From: Candidatus Saccharimonadota bacterium
Lineage (GTDB): Bacteria; Bacteroidota; Bacteroidia; Flavobacteriales; Blattabacteriaceae
Length of the DNA: 32,000 bases
Direction: 5' to 3'
Assembly (NCBI RefSeq): GCF_014252415.1
Contig: NZ_CP059223.1
Span: forward strand, 120,001 to 152,000
A program made the translations under genes and the position numbers. The notes beneath the pieces were generated by a model. That model saw only the letters and a program-made list of their open reading frames with translations. It did not search any database and had not been told where the DNA came from. This document shows positions 8,963-17,260 of this stretch, in pieces. Numbering within the stretch: the stretch's first letter is position 1; each line of letters opens with the position of its first letter.

Positions 8963-9577
8963 TTATTTTCTTGAAAATCCAAAAATTTTCTTACTTCCTC
9001 CTATTTCTACTAAATCTATTTCTTTAGTTTCTCCTGGTTCAAATCTAATTGATCTACCTGAAAGTACATCTAAACGATATCCTATTGTACCTTTTCTTTC
9101 AAAAAGAAGAAAAGAATTAGTTTCATAAAAATGAAAATGTGATCCTATTTGAATTGGTTTATTACCAATATTTGTAACCATTCTTGTTATACGATTTCTA
9201 TTTGGCAGAATATTAATTTTTTCTTTAAGAAGATTATATTCACCAGGAATTAAATTAGATTTTAATTTTGTTTTTTTTTTAATAGGATGATGTATCGTAA
9301 CCAATTTTGTTCCATCAGGAAAAGTTGCCTCTACTTGTACATTATCTAATAATTCAGGAACCCCATCCATGACTTGATTATCATCAAGAATATTAGATGC
9401 TTCTATCATAAGATCTCGCACTGTTTTTCCATCACGAGCACCTTCCATGATATAATGAGTAATTAAAGCTAAAGATTCAGGATAATTTAATCTCAATCCT
9501 CTCTTTAAACGACTTTTTGCTAACTCTCCTGCCATATATAAGAGAATTTTTTCCTTTTCATAAGAAGTTAAATGCAT
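8963..9577 (-). CDS. ureAB: Urease gamma-beta fusion protein (UreA fused to UreB)
   Basis: Residues 1-~100 are the gamma subunit ([20 protein letters not shown]...[14 protein letters not shown]). Residues ~109-204 are the beta subunit (LIPGEY...[16 protein letters not shown]...RFEPGE). A Lys-rich linker KKKTKLKSN joins them. Confidence 0.93.
   Translation of the reverse strand: MHLTSYEKEKILLYMAGELAKSRLKRGLRLNYPESLALITHYIMEGARDGKTVRDLMIEASNILDDNQVMDGVPELLDNVQVEATFPDGTKLVTIHHPIKKKTKLKSNLIPGEYNLLKEKINILPNRNRITRMVTNIGNKPIQIGSHFHFYETNSFLLFERKGTIGYRLDVLSGRSIRFEPGETKEIDLVEIGGSKKIFGFSRK
9271..9280. repeat. T10 (A10 on the coding strand) encoding the UreA-UreB linker lysines
   Basis: Counted directly. 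The coding strand reads att aaa aaa aaa aca. Confidence 0.95.
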
Positions 9578-9854
9578 AAATTAAAATTATTTTATTACTT
9601 ACTTTTTAATCAGAATTCTTTTAATGAAAAAATGTAGAATTATAATAAACAAAAAATCTAAAAATAAAAATCATCATTTAAGTTATATAAAATTAATGTA
9701 AAAAAAATTAAGTTATTAAAATTATCAAATATTATTACAATAATAATATTGATTTATTGTAATGCATATACTATAAAGTAGGATCTCTAGACAAATTATC
9801 ATTATTTTTGTTTTTGTTTGAAACAATGTAAAAATTGTAATTAAAGTAGTAAAA

Positions 9855-12302
9855 ATGCAAGTTCTAAAATTTGGAGGAAGTTCTGTGGCTTATTCTAGTT
9901 CTATAAAAAAAATTTGTTCTTTGTTAAAGAAAAAAACAAAAGGTAAATACGTAATTGTAGTATCAGCAATCGGAAACATTACTGATCAATTAATACAATG
10001 TGGATTATATGCATCTAAAAGAGAAAAATTATTGTATAAAAATATATTAGAAAATATAAAAATACGACATATTAATATTATTAAAGAATTATTCTCAACT
10101 ACATATAAAAATAATTTAATTAATAATATTAAAAAAAATATTGATAAATTAGAAAATTTTTGTGATGGTATTTTTCAAGTAAAAGAACTTTCAAAACGTT
10201 CTTTAGATGAAATAATGAGTTTTGGAGAATTAAATTCTTCTTTTTTAATTTCTAAAAAATTAAAAGAATATGGATTAAATTCGATATATAAAGATAGTAG
10301 AGATTTAATTATTACTGATTCTCAATTTGGATGCGCACAAGTAAATTTTAAACAAAGTAATAATCGAATTATTAATTTTTTTAAAAAAGTTAATTGTGAA
10401 TATATAGTTATTCCAGGATTTGTTGGGTCAACTATTAATCATGAAACAACTACTCTAGGTAGAGGAGGCTCCGATTATACAGCTTCTATTATAGCTTCAG
10501 CTGTATCTGCTGATATACTTGAAATATGGACTGATGTTAGTGGAATGATGACTGCTAATCCAAAAATAGTAAATCAAGCTTTTCCTATTAAAAAAATATC
10601 TTACGAAGAAGCCATGGAATTATCTCATTTTGGAGCAAAGGTTATTTATCCCCCTACAATTCAACCTGCTATGAAAAAAAATATTCCTATACAAATTAAA
10701 AATACTTTTTCTCCATCCGATGATGGTACACTTATTTTTATTAAGAATAATATTAATATTAGTCAACCAGTTACTGGTATTTCTGGAATTCAGAATATGT
10801 CATTATTAACCTTGGAAGGGAGTGGGATGATCGGAATTCCTGGTTATTCTAAACGTTTATTTAAAGCATTATCAAATGAAAAAATAAATGTAATATTTAT
10901 TACTCAAAGTTCATCAGAACATTCAATCACTACAGTTATTCATGATATGGATTCAATAAAAGCAAAAATTGCAATAGATAATGAATTTAAACAAGAAATA
11001 AATCAAAAACGAATAGAACCAATAATTATAGAGAAAAATTTATGTATTATAGCTGTAGTAGGTGATAATATGAAAAATCTTCATGGAACTAGTGGTAAAA
11101 TGTTTTATTCACTTGGTAAAAATAGTATAAATGTTAGAGCAATAGCGCAAGGTTCAACAGAAAAAAATATATCAGCAGTTATTAAAAAAGAAGATTTTAA
11201 AAAGGCATTAAATACATTACATGAAGTATTTTTTGAAAGTCCACCAAAACAAATTAATCTTTTTATTTGTGGAATAGGAAAAGTAGGAAGTAAGTTGTTA
11301 GGACAAATAAATAAACAAAAAAATTATTTATTAAAGAAATTAAAACTACAAGTCAGAATTATTGGATTAGCTAATAGTAAAAAAATGTATTTTGATAATC
11401 ATGGAATTAATCTATTAAGATGGAGTGAATATATTAAAAAAGGAAGTAAAATGAATATTAATTTTTTTATAAAAAAAGTTAAACAATTCAATTTAAGAAA
11501 TAGTTTATTTATTGATAATACAGCTAGTACAGAAACGGCAATGGTTTATGATAAATTCCTAAAAAATGGAATAGGCGTAATTACTTGTAACAAAATTGCT
11601 TGTTCGTCAAATTATGATCATTATAAAAAGTTAAAAGTATTATCTAGACATTTTAATTCACCATTTTTATTTGAAACAAATGTAGGGGCTAGTTTACCTG
11701 TAATAAGTACTCTTAACGATCTTATTAATAGTGGAGATAAAATTAATAAAATAGAAGCTGTTTTATCAGGAAGTTTAAATTTTATATTTAATCATTTTAC
11801 AGGAAATAATTCGTTTTTAGAAATTGTAAAAATAGCTAAATTAAAAGGATTTACTGAACCAGATCCTCGTATTGACTTAAGTGGATTAGATGTTATGAGA
11901 AAAATACTTATTTTAGCAAGAGAATGTGGTAGTCCATTAGAATTAAAAGATGTTTATCAAAAACATTTTTTACCAAAAAGTTGTTTTAATTCTAATTCTT
12001 TAGAAGATTTTTATAAAGAATTATACAAACATAATGATTATTTTTTCAAAATAAGAAAAAAAGCTGAAACGAATAAGAAACGATTGCGTTTTATTGCAAA
12101 ATATGAAAATAATAAAGCATTAGTTGGACTAAAATCAATTAATCAAAATCATCCATTTTTTCAATTAGAAGGTAAAGATAATATGGTATTATATTATACA
12201 TATCGTTATTCTGAACAACCTCTTATGATAAAAGGAGCTGGCGCTGGATCTGAGATTACTGCATCAGGAGTATTTTCAGATATTATTAAAGCAACAAAAT
12301 AA
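9855..12302 (+). CDS. thrA: Bifunctional aspartokinase / homoserine dehydrogenase
   Basis: 815 aa. The N-terminal amino-acid kinase domain has KFGGSSV and GRGGSDYTAS. A central ACT region follows. The C-terminal homoserine dehydrogenase domain has the NAD fold ICGIGKVGS and GFTEPDPRIDLSGLDV. Confidence 0.93.
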   Translation: MQVLKFGGSSVAYSSSIKKICSLLKKKTKGKYVIVVSAIGNITDQLIQCGLYASKREKLLYKNILENIKIRHINIIKELFSTTYKNNLINNIKKNIDKLENFCDGIFQVKELSKRSLDEIMSFGELNSSFLISKKLKEYGLNSIYKDSRDLIITDSQFGCAQVNFKQSNNRIINFFKKVNCEYIVIPGFVGSTINHETTTLGRGGSDYTASIIASAVSADILEIWTDVSGMMTANPKIVNQAFPIKKISYEEAMELSHFGAKVIYPPTIQPAMKKNIPIQIKNTFSPSDDGTLIFIKNNINISQPVTGISGIQNMSLLTLEGSGMIGIPGYSKRLFKALSNEKINVIFITQSSSEHSITTVIHDMDSIKAKIAIDNEFKQEINQKRIEPIIIEKNLCIIAVVGDNMKNLHGTSGKMFYSLGKNSINVRAIAQGSTEKNISAVIKKEDFKKALNTLHEVFFESPPKQINLFICGIGKVGSKLLGQINKQKNYLLKKLKLQVRIIGLANSKKMYFDNHGINLLRWSEYIKKGSKMNINFFIKKVKQFNLRNSLFIDNTASTETAMVYDKFLKNGIGVITCNKIACSSNYDHYKKLKVLSRHFNSPFLFETNVGASLPVISTLNDLINSGDKINKIEAVLSGSLNFIFNHFTGNNSFLEIVKIAKLKGFTEPDPRIDLSGLDVMRKILILARECGSPLELKDVYQKHFLPKSCFNSNSLEDFYKELYKHNDYFFKIRKKAETNKKRLRFIAKYENNKALVGLKSINQNHPFFQLEGKDNMVLYYTYRYSEQPLMIKGAGAGSEITASGVFSDIIKATK

Positions 12303-12375
12303 AAAAATTATTTTGAATTTAATATTATTATATTTTTTTTTCAAAATTATTTTTTAGTAAAGTTAATCTATTTAA

Positions 12376-13173
12376 TTAAATAGCTATATCTCCTTCTATG
12401 TGAGGATGTGGATCATAATTTTTTATTAAAAAATCTTTAAAAGAAAATTCAAATATATTTTTAACAAATGGATTAAGTACAATTATTGGAAGTTTTTTAG
12501 GAATTCTATGTATTTGAGTATTAACTTGATTAATATGATTATTGTAAATATGTGCATCACCTATAGTATGAATCAATGTTTTTGCTTTTAAATTGAGTAT
12601 ATTTGCAATCATTTTTAGTAGTAATGAATAAGAAGCAATATTAAAAGGTAATCCTAAAAATATATCGGCACTTCTTTGATATAATAGTATGGATAATTCT
12701 TTTTTTAATACATAAGCTTGGAAAAGCACATGACATGGAGGTAAAGCCATACTATTAATCATACCTACATTCCATGATGATACAATTAAACGTCTTGAAT
12801 TAGAATTAGATTTAATTTCTTTTATTAAATTACTAATTTGATCAATTGAGTTATTTTTATTATATGACGGCCATTTTCTCCATTGAAATCCATATATTGG
12901 ACCAAGATTTCCATTTATATCGGCCCATTCATTCCAAATTTTTACTTTATTATTTTTTAAATATTTTATATTAGTATCTCCTTTTAAAAACCATAATAAT
13001 TCATATATAATTGATCGTATGTTTAATTTTTTTGTGGTAAGAAGAGGAAATCCATTTTTTAAATCAAATTTCATTTGATATCCAAATATACTGATTGTTC
13101 CTATACCAGTTCGATCTTTTTTTTTCTTTCCATTTTTTAGTACATATTTTAAAAGATCTATATATTGTTTCAT
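12376..13173 (-). CDS. thyA: Thymidylate synthase (ThyA type)
   Basis: 265 aa with [22 protein letters not shown], the catalytic Cys in [24 protein letters not shown] and GDAHIY. Confidence 0.96.
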   Translation of the reverse strand: MKQYIDLLKYVLKNGKKKKDRTGIGTISIFGYQMKFDLKNGFPLLTTKKLNIRSIIYELLWFLKGDTNIKYLKNNKVKIWNEWADINGNLGPIYGFQWRKWPSYNKNNSIDQISNLIKEIKSNSNSRRLIVSSWNVGMINSMALPPCHVLFQAYVLKKELSILLYQRSADIFLGLPFNIASYSLLLKMIANILNLKAKTLIHTIGDAHIYNNHINQVNTQIHRIPKKLPIIVLNPFVKNIFEFSFKDFLIKNYDPHPHIEGDIAI

Positions 13174-13220
13174 AATAAAATTAATTTAATAAAGTATTTT
13201 TACATAAAAAAAATGAAATT

Positions 13221-14165
13221 ATGACTATGAGTCAAAAAATTATCTTTTTTTCTACAAAAAGTGGTTTAGAATTATCTAAAAATATAGCATTTCATTATGG
13301 AAAGTTTTTGGGAAAAGTTAAATTTTTAAAATTTAGTGATGGAGAATATATTCCTCGTTTTGAACAATCTATTAGAGGTTATAAAGTTTTTTTAATAGGA
13401 TCCACCTTTTCTCCAGTGGATAATTTAATGGAATTGTTATTAATGTGTGATGCAGCTAGAAGAGCATCAGCCTATAATATTACCTTAGTAATTCCATATT
13501 TTGGATGGGCTAGACAAGATCACAAAGATCAACCTAGAACCCCTATAGCTGCTAAACTTATAGCAAATTTAATAACAGCATCTGGTGCTTCTAGAGTAAT
13601 GACTATGGATTTACATGCAGATCAAATCCAAGGATTTTTTGATATTCCCGTAGATCATTTATATGCTTCTAGAATATTTATTAATTATATTAATAAATTA
13701 AATATCGATCAATTAACAATTGCGTCTCCGGATATGGGGGGGGCAAAAAGGGCTAGAAGTTATGCTGGATATCTTGGTACAGATGTAGTCATTTGCTATA
13801 AAGAAAGAAAAAAAGCTAATCAAATAGAATTTATGAATCTTATAGGAAATGTAGAAGGAAAAAATATTATACTTATAGATGATATGGTAGATACAGCAGG
13901 AACTCTAACAGAAGCGGCTAATTTAATAAAAAAATTAGGAGCTAAAAGCGTACGTGCTATTGCAACTCATCCAGTACTATCTGGAAATTCATATAAAAAA
14001 ATTTATCATTCATCAATAAAAGAATTAGTAGTCACAGATAGTATACCAATACAATTGAAAAATCAAAACAATAAAATAAAAGTATTATCTTGTGCTCCAC
14101 TATTTGCAGAAGTAATGAAATCAATGAAAAATGATGAATCTATTAGTAGTAAATTTTTAATTTAA
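13221..14165 (+). CDS. prs: Ribose-phosphate pyrophosphokinase (PRPP synthetase)
   Basis: 314 aa with YFGWARQD, DLHADQIQGFFDIPVD and the PRPP loop LIDDMVDTAGT. Confidence 0.95.
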   Translation: MTMSQKIIFFSTKSGLELSKNIAFHYGKFLGKVKFLKFSDGEYIPRFEQSIRGYKVFLIGSTFSPVDNLMELLLMCDAARRASAYNITLVIPYFGWARQDHKDQPRTPIAAKLIANLITASGASRVMTMDLHADQIQGFFDIPVDHLYASRIFINYINKLNIDQLTIASPDMGGAKRARSYAGYLGTDVVICYKERKKANQIEFMNLIGNVEGKNIILIDDMVDTAGTLTEAANLIKKLGAKSVRAIATHPVLSGNSYKKIYHSSIKELVVTDSIPIQLKNQNNKIKVLSCAPLFAEVMKSMKNDESISSKFLI

Positions 14166-14170
14166 AAAAA

Positions 14171-14815
14171 ATGAATTTTATAAAAATATGTGGAATAAAA
14201 AGAAAAAAAATAGAAATTGGAAATAAAAAATTTAATCGTTTTTTTCGAAAGTGTAAAAAGATACCATGTATTATATATGGTAAAGATTTTAATATACCAT
14301 TTTATACTACAGTAGATGAATTAAATAAAATTATAAATTATAATAAAAAATGTGGAGTTTTTATAAAATTAGAAGATGATCAAATAAAAGCAATACCAAA
14401 AGAAATACAATATGACGTAATTAAAGATACAATAATACATGTAGATTTTTATAAATTGAATGATTCAATTCCTATCATTTTACATATTCCTATTGAATTT
14501 ATAGGAAGACCTATTGGTGTTATTAAAGGAGGAAGATGTAGTTTTTCTATTAAAGAATTAACAATAAAATCTCTACCAAATAATATTCCAGAGTGTATAA
14601 AGGTTAATATAGATCATTTAGACATAGGAGACAAAATTACAGTAAAAAATATAGAAAAAGATAAATTTACAATATTACAATCAAGTGATTCACTTATTGT
14701 AAAAATTAAAATGTCACGTATTATATCTAAAGAAGAAAATAAAAAAGAAGAAAATAAAAAAGAAGAAAATAAAAAAGAAGAAGATAAAAAAGAAAAAAAA
14801 ATGAATAGTAATTAA
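14171..14815 (+). CDS. rplY: 50S ribosomal protein L25 / general stress protein Ctc form, with a low-complexity Lys/Glu tail
   Basis: 214 aa. It has the two-domain Ctc architecture (IP.I.YG block, then a beta-barrel domain with HVDFY and IPIEFIG.P.GV..GG). The tail reads KEENKKEENKKEENKKEEDKKEKK. Confidence 0.8.
   Translation: MNFIKICGIKRKKIEIGNKKFNRFFRKCKKIPCIIYGKDFNIPFYTTVDELNKIINYNKKCGVFIKLEDDQIKAIPKEIQYDVIKDTIIHVDFYKLNDSIPIILHIPIEFIGRPIGVIKGGRCSFSIKELTIKSLPNNIPECIKVNIDHLDIGDKITVKNIEKDKFTILQSSDSLIVKIKMSRIISKEENKKEENKKEENKKEEDKKEKKMNSN
14729..14800 (+). repeat. In-frame 15-bp tandem repeat aaagaagaaaataaa: three exact copies, one copy with a single mismatch, and a 12-bp partial
   Basis: Units at 14729-14743, 14744-14758 and 14759-14773 are identical. 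The unit at 14774-14788 differs at one base (KEEDK). 14789-14800 encodes KEKK. Confidence 0.95.
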
Positions 14816-14829
14816 TAATTATAAATTTT

Positions 14830-15267
14830 ATGTCATTTAAAAATATTCATTTTATGAAAATAGCAATAAAAGAAGCCATAATTGCATTTAAAAAAAATGA
14901 AATACCAATAGGTGCAGTAATTACTTATAATAATTTTATTATTGCTAAAACCCATAATTTAACAAAAAGTTTAAATAATTCGATTGCACATGCAGAGATT
15001 TTAGCTATTAATGTGGCATTTAATTTTTTAGAAAAAGATAAAATAAGGAAATGTATTTTATATGTAACATTAGAACCATGTTTAATGTGTATAGGTGCTA
15101 TTATATGTTCAAAAATTGAAAAAATTGTGTTTGGAGCATCTAATGATAAAGGATTTATATTTAATAATATTAAATTACATCCAAAAATTGTATATATATC
15201 AGGAATTATGAAAAATCAATGTGAATCTTTAATACAAGATTTTTTTTTATCGAAAAGAATTAAATAA
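14830..15267 (+). CDS. tadA: tRNA-specific adenosine deaminase
   Basis: 145 aa of the CDA fold with HAEILAI and LEPCLMCIGAI. Size and N-terminal FMKIAIKEA match TadA. Confidence 0.85.
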   Translation: MSFKNIHFMKIAIKEAIIAFKKNEIPIGAVITYNNFIIAKTHNLTKSLNNSIAHAEILAINVAFNFLEKDKIRKCILYVTLEPCLMCIGAIICSKIEKIVFGASNDKGFIFNNIKLHPKIVYISGIMKNQCESLIQDFFLSKRIK

Positions 15268-15292
15268 TAAAAATATTTAAATAGTTATTTTA

Positions 15293-15967
15293 TTATTTTT
15301 TTTTCAAATTTAATATTATTGGTAAAGTTGTGGTTACGATAATTAATAATATTATCCATTCTAAATTATTTTTTAATTTTGGAAAATTTTTATCTAAATA
15401 GTGTCCCGATAACATGATAGATGAAGTCCAAACAATTGCTCCTATAATATTATATATCATAAATTTTTTAAAATTAACTTTAATAGCTCCTGCTATAATA
15501 GGAGCAAATGAACGAAACATTGGAAGAAATCTACTTATAATCAAAGCCGTTGTTTTATATTTATTATAAAATAATTTGGCTAAAATTAGATGTTTTTTTT
15601 TAAAGAAAAAAGAATCTTTTTTTTTATATAATAATTTGCCTGATTTATATCCTAACCAATAACCTTGTATATTTCCTAAAACAGCTACTAACGCAACGAT
15701 TAAAATTATTACAAAAAAAGGTACGTTATAAAAATTTTTACATAGATCTTTTCCAAATATTCCTGCAGTAAACAATAAAGAATCTCCAGGTAGAAAAAAC
15801 CCAATAAAAAAACCTGTTTCTGCAAAAACAATTGCTAAAATGATAAATAATGCAGTATTTCCAAAATATAAAAAAATCCATCTAGGATTAAATAGATGGT
15901 GAAAAAAATCCCAAAAATTTGATATTAGATGAATATGATGATAGAATGAAAAATTAAATGTTTCCAT
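15293..15967 (-). CDS. DedA-family integral membrane protein
   Basis: 224 aa with several TM segments and the DedA core motif GFFLPGDSLLFTAG. Confidence 0.8.
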   Translation of the reverse strand: METFNFSFYHHIHLISNFWDFFHHLFNPRWIFLYFGNTALFIILAIVFAETGFFIGFFLPGDSLLFTAGIFGKDLCKNFYNVPFFVIILIVALVAVLGNIQGYWLGYKSGKLLYKKKDSFFFKKKHLILAKLFYNKYKTTALIISRFLPMFRSFAPIIAGAIKVNFKKFMIYNIIGAIVWTSSIMLSGHYLDKNFPKLKNNLEWIILLIIVTTTLPIILNLKKK

Positions 15968-16016
15968 TTTTTTTTACTTATTTTTCAATTAAATAATATT
16001 AATATTACATTATTAT

Positions 16017-16136
16017 ATGGATTTTCTACTGAAATTTATCAATATTTTAGGGTGGATACCTAATATATTTTTCATTATAATAGGTTTTATTTTCATAACT
16101 TTTTGGCTATGCAAAATATTTTATTTCAAAGATTAA
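16017..16136 (+). CDS. Candidate small single-pass membrane protein (39 aa), below the ORF-track size cutoff
   Basis: The ATG-to-TAA ORF reads MDFLLKFINILGWIPNIFFIIIGFIFITFWLCKIFYFKD. It has one clear TM segment flanked by Trp residues and a basic/aromatic C-terminus. It fills most of an otherwise empty 212-bp spacer. Caveat: T-rich DNA produces hydrophobic ORFs by chance. Confidence 0.3.
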   Translation: MDFLLKFINILGWIPNIFFIIIGFIFITFWLCKIFYFKD

Positions 16137-16179
16137 TTAAATATATTTTAACAAACATAAATCAATAGATTTTATAATA

Positions 16180-17256
16180 ATGAATGAAAAGTTAAAAAAC
16201 TTAATTTTATTTAACGAAGAAGCTTATGATAAATTAAAAAAATATTTAATTTATAACGTTTCTTCCGTAAAAGAAATATTTATATTAGTAGATAATATTA
16301 CTAAAAAATATTGTTTACCCACACTTTTTAAATATTTATTTTTTTTAAAAAAATCTCACATTATCCAAATTAATACTGGAGAAGAAAAAAAAAATATATA
16401 TACATGTATAAAAATATGTAAAGAAATAGAAATTAAAAAAGGTAATAGAGAAAGTATTTTAATAAATTTGGGGGGGGGAGTAATAACAGATATGGGAGGA
16501 TTTGTAGCATCTATATTTAAAAGAGGAATTCGATTTATAAATATTCCAACTACATTATTAGGAATGGTTGATGCATCAGTGGGATATAAAAATGGAATTA
16601 ATTTAGGATCCATAAAGAATGAAATAGGGTCATTTTATATACCAAAATTGTTAATTATAGATATTAATTTTTTAAAAACACTTCATGACAAAGAAGTAAT
16701 ATCTGGAATGTCTGAAATGTTTAAATACGGACTAATAAAAGATAAAAATTTCTGGATAGATATGAAAAAATATTCCCTCTTGTATATAAAAAATAAAAAA
16801 TTAGATAAAAAAATATGGAATTATCTAGTAAAAAAATCTATTATAATAAAACAAAAAATTGTGGAAAAAGATCCTAAAGAAAATGGATTAAGGAAAATTT
16901 TAAATTTTGGTCATACTATAGGACATGCTTTAGAAAGTTTTTTTATGAAAAAAAAAAAAATTATGCATGGAATAGCTGTAGCTAATGGTATGATACATGA
17001 ATCATGGATTTCATACAAGATTGATAAATTGTCTAATTTAGATTACAAAGAAATCAAATCAACATTATTATATTTATATTCAATAACATATAAATTTTCT
17101 AATAAAGAAATAGAAAAAATGTTTGAGATTATGCAATATGATAAAAAAAATAAAAATAATAAAATTCAATTTTCATTATTAAATAAAATAGGAAATTGTT
17201 CATATAACTGTATAGTTTCAAATAGTATAATAAAAAAAAGCTTTTTAAATTTTTAA
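16180..17256 (+). CDS. aroB: 3-dehydroquinate synthase
   Basis: 358 aa with the NAD-binding [35 protein letters not shown], and metal ligands in [10 protein letters not shown]. Confidence 0.9.
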   Translation: MNEKLKNLILFNEEAYDKLKKYLIYNVSSVKEIFILVDNITKKYCLPTLFKYLFFLKKSHIIQINTGEEKKNIYTCIKICKEIEIKKGNRESILINLGGGVITDMGGFVASIFKRGIRFINIPTTLLGMVDASVGYKNGINLGSIKNEIGSFYIPKLLIIDINFLKTLHDKEVISGMSEMFKYGLIKDKNFWIDMKKYSLLYIKNKKLDKKIWNYLVKKSIIIKQKIVEKDPKENGLRKILNFGHTIGHALESFFMKKKKIMHGIAVANGMIHESWISYKIDKLSNLDYKEIKSTLLYLYSITYKFSNKEIEKMFEIMQYDKKNKNNKIQFSLLNKIGNCSYNCIVSNSIIKKSFLNF

Positions 17257-17260
17257 AAAA

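Noticed and set aside
9624-9701. 25-codon ORF MKKCRIIINKKSKNKNHHLSYIKLM upstream of thrA, considered as a Thr/Ile attenuation leader peptide.
   Set aside because: It has only three Ile and no Thr codons. Ile is the commonest residue in this genome, so III is expected by chance. No terminator/antiterminator structure is visible, and the ORF ends about 150 nt before thrA.
12310-12347. Inverted repeat attttgaa (12310-12317) / ttcaaaat (12340-12347) between convergent thrA and thyA, considered as a bidirectional terminator.
   Set aside because: The stem is 8 bp with only one G-C pair and the loop is 22 nt. This is thermodynamically weak and expected by chance in this composition.
16356-16613. 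85-aa ORF antisense to aroB.
   Set aside because: It is a shadow ORF inside aroB. Its Pro/Ile-rich translation comes from reading the Gly-rich NAD-binding motif backwards.
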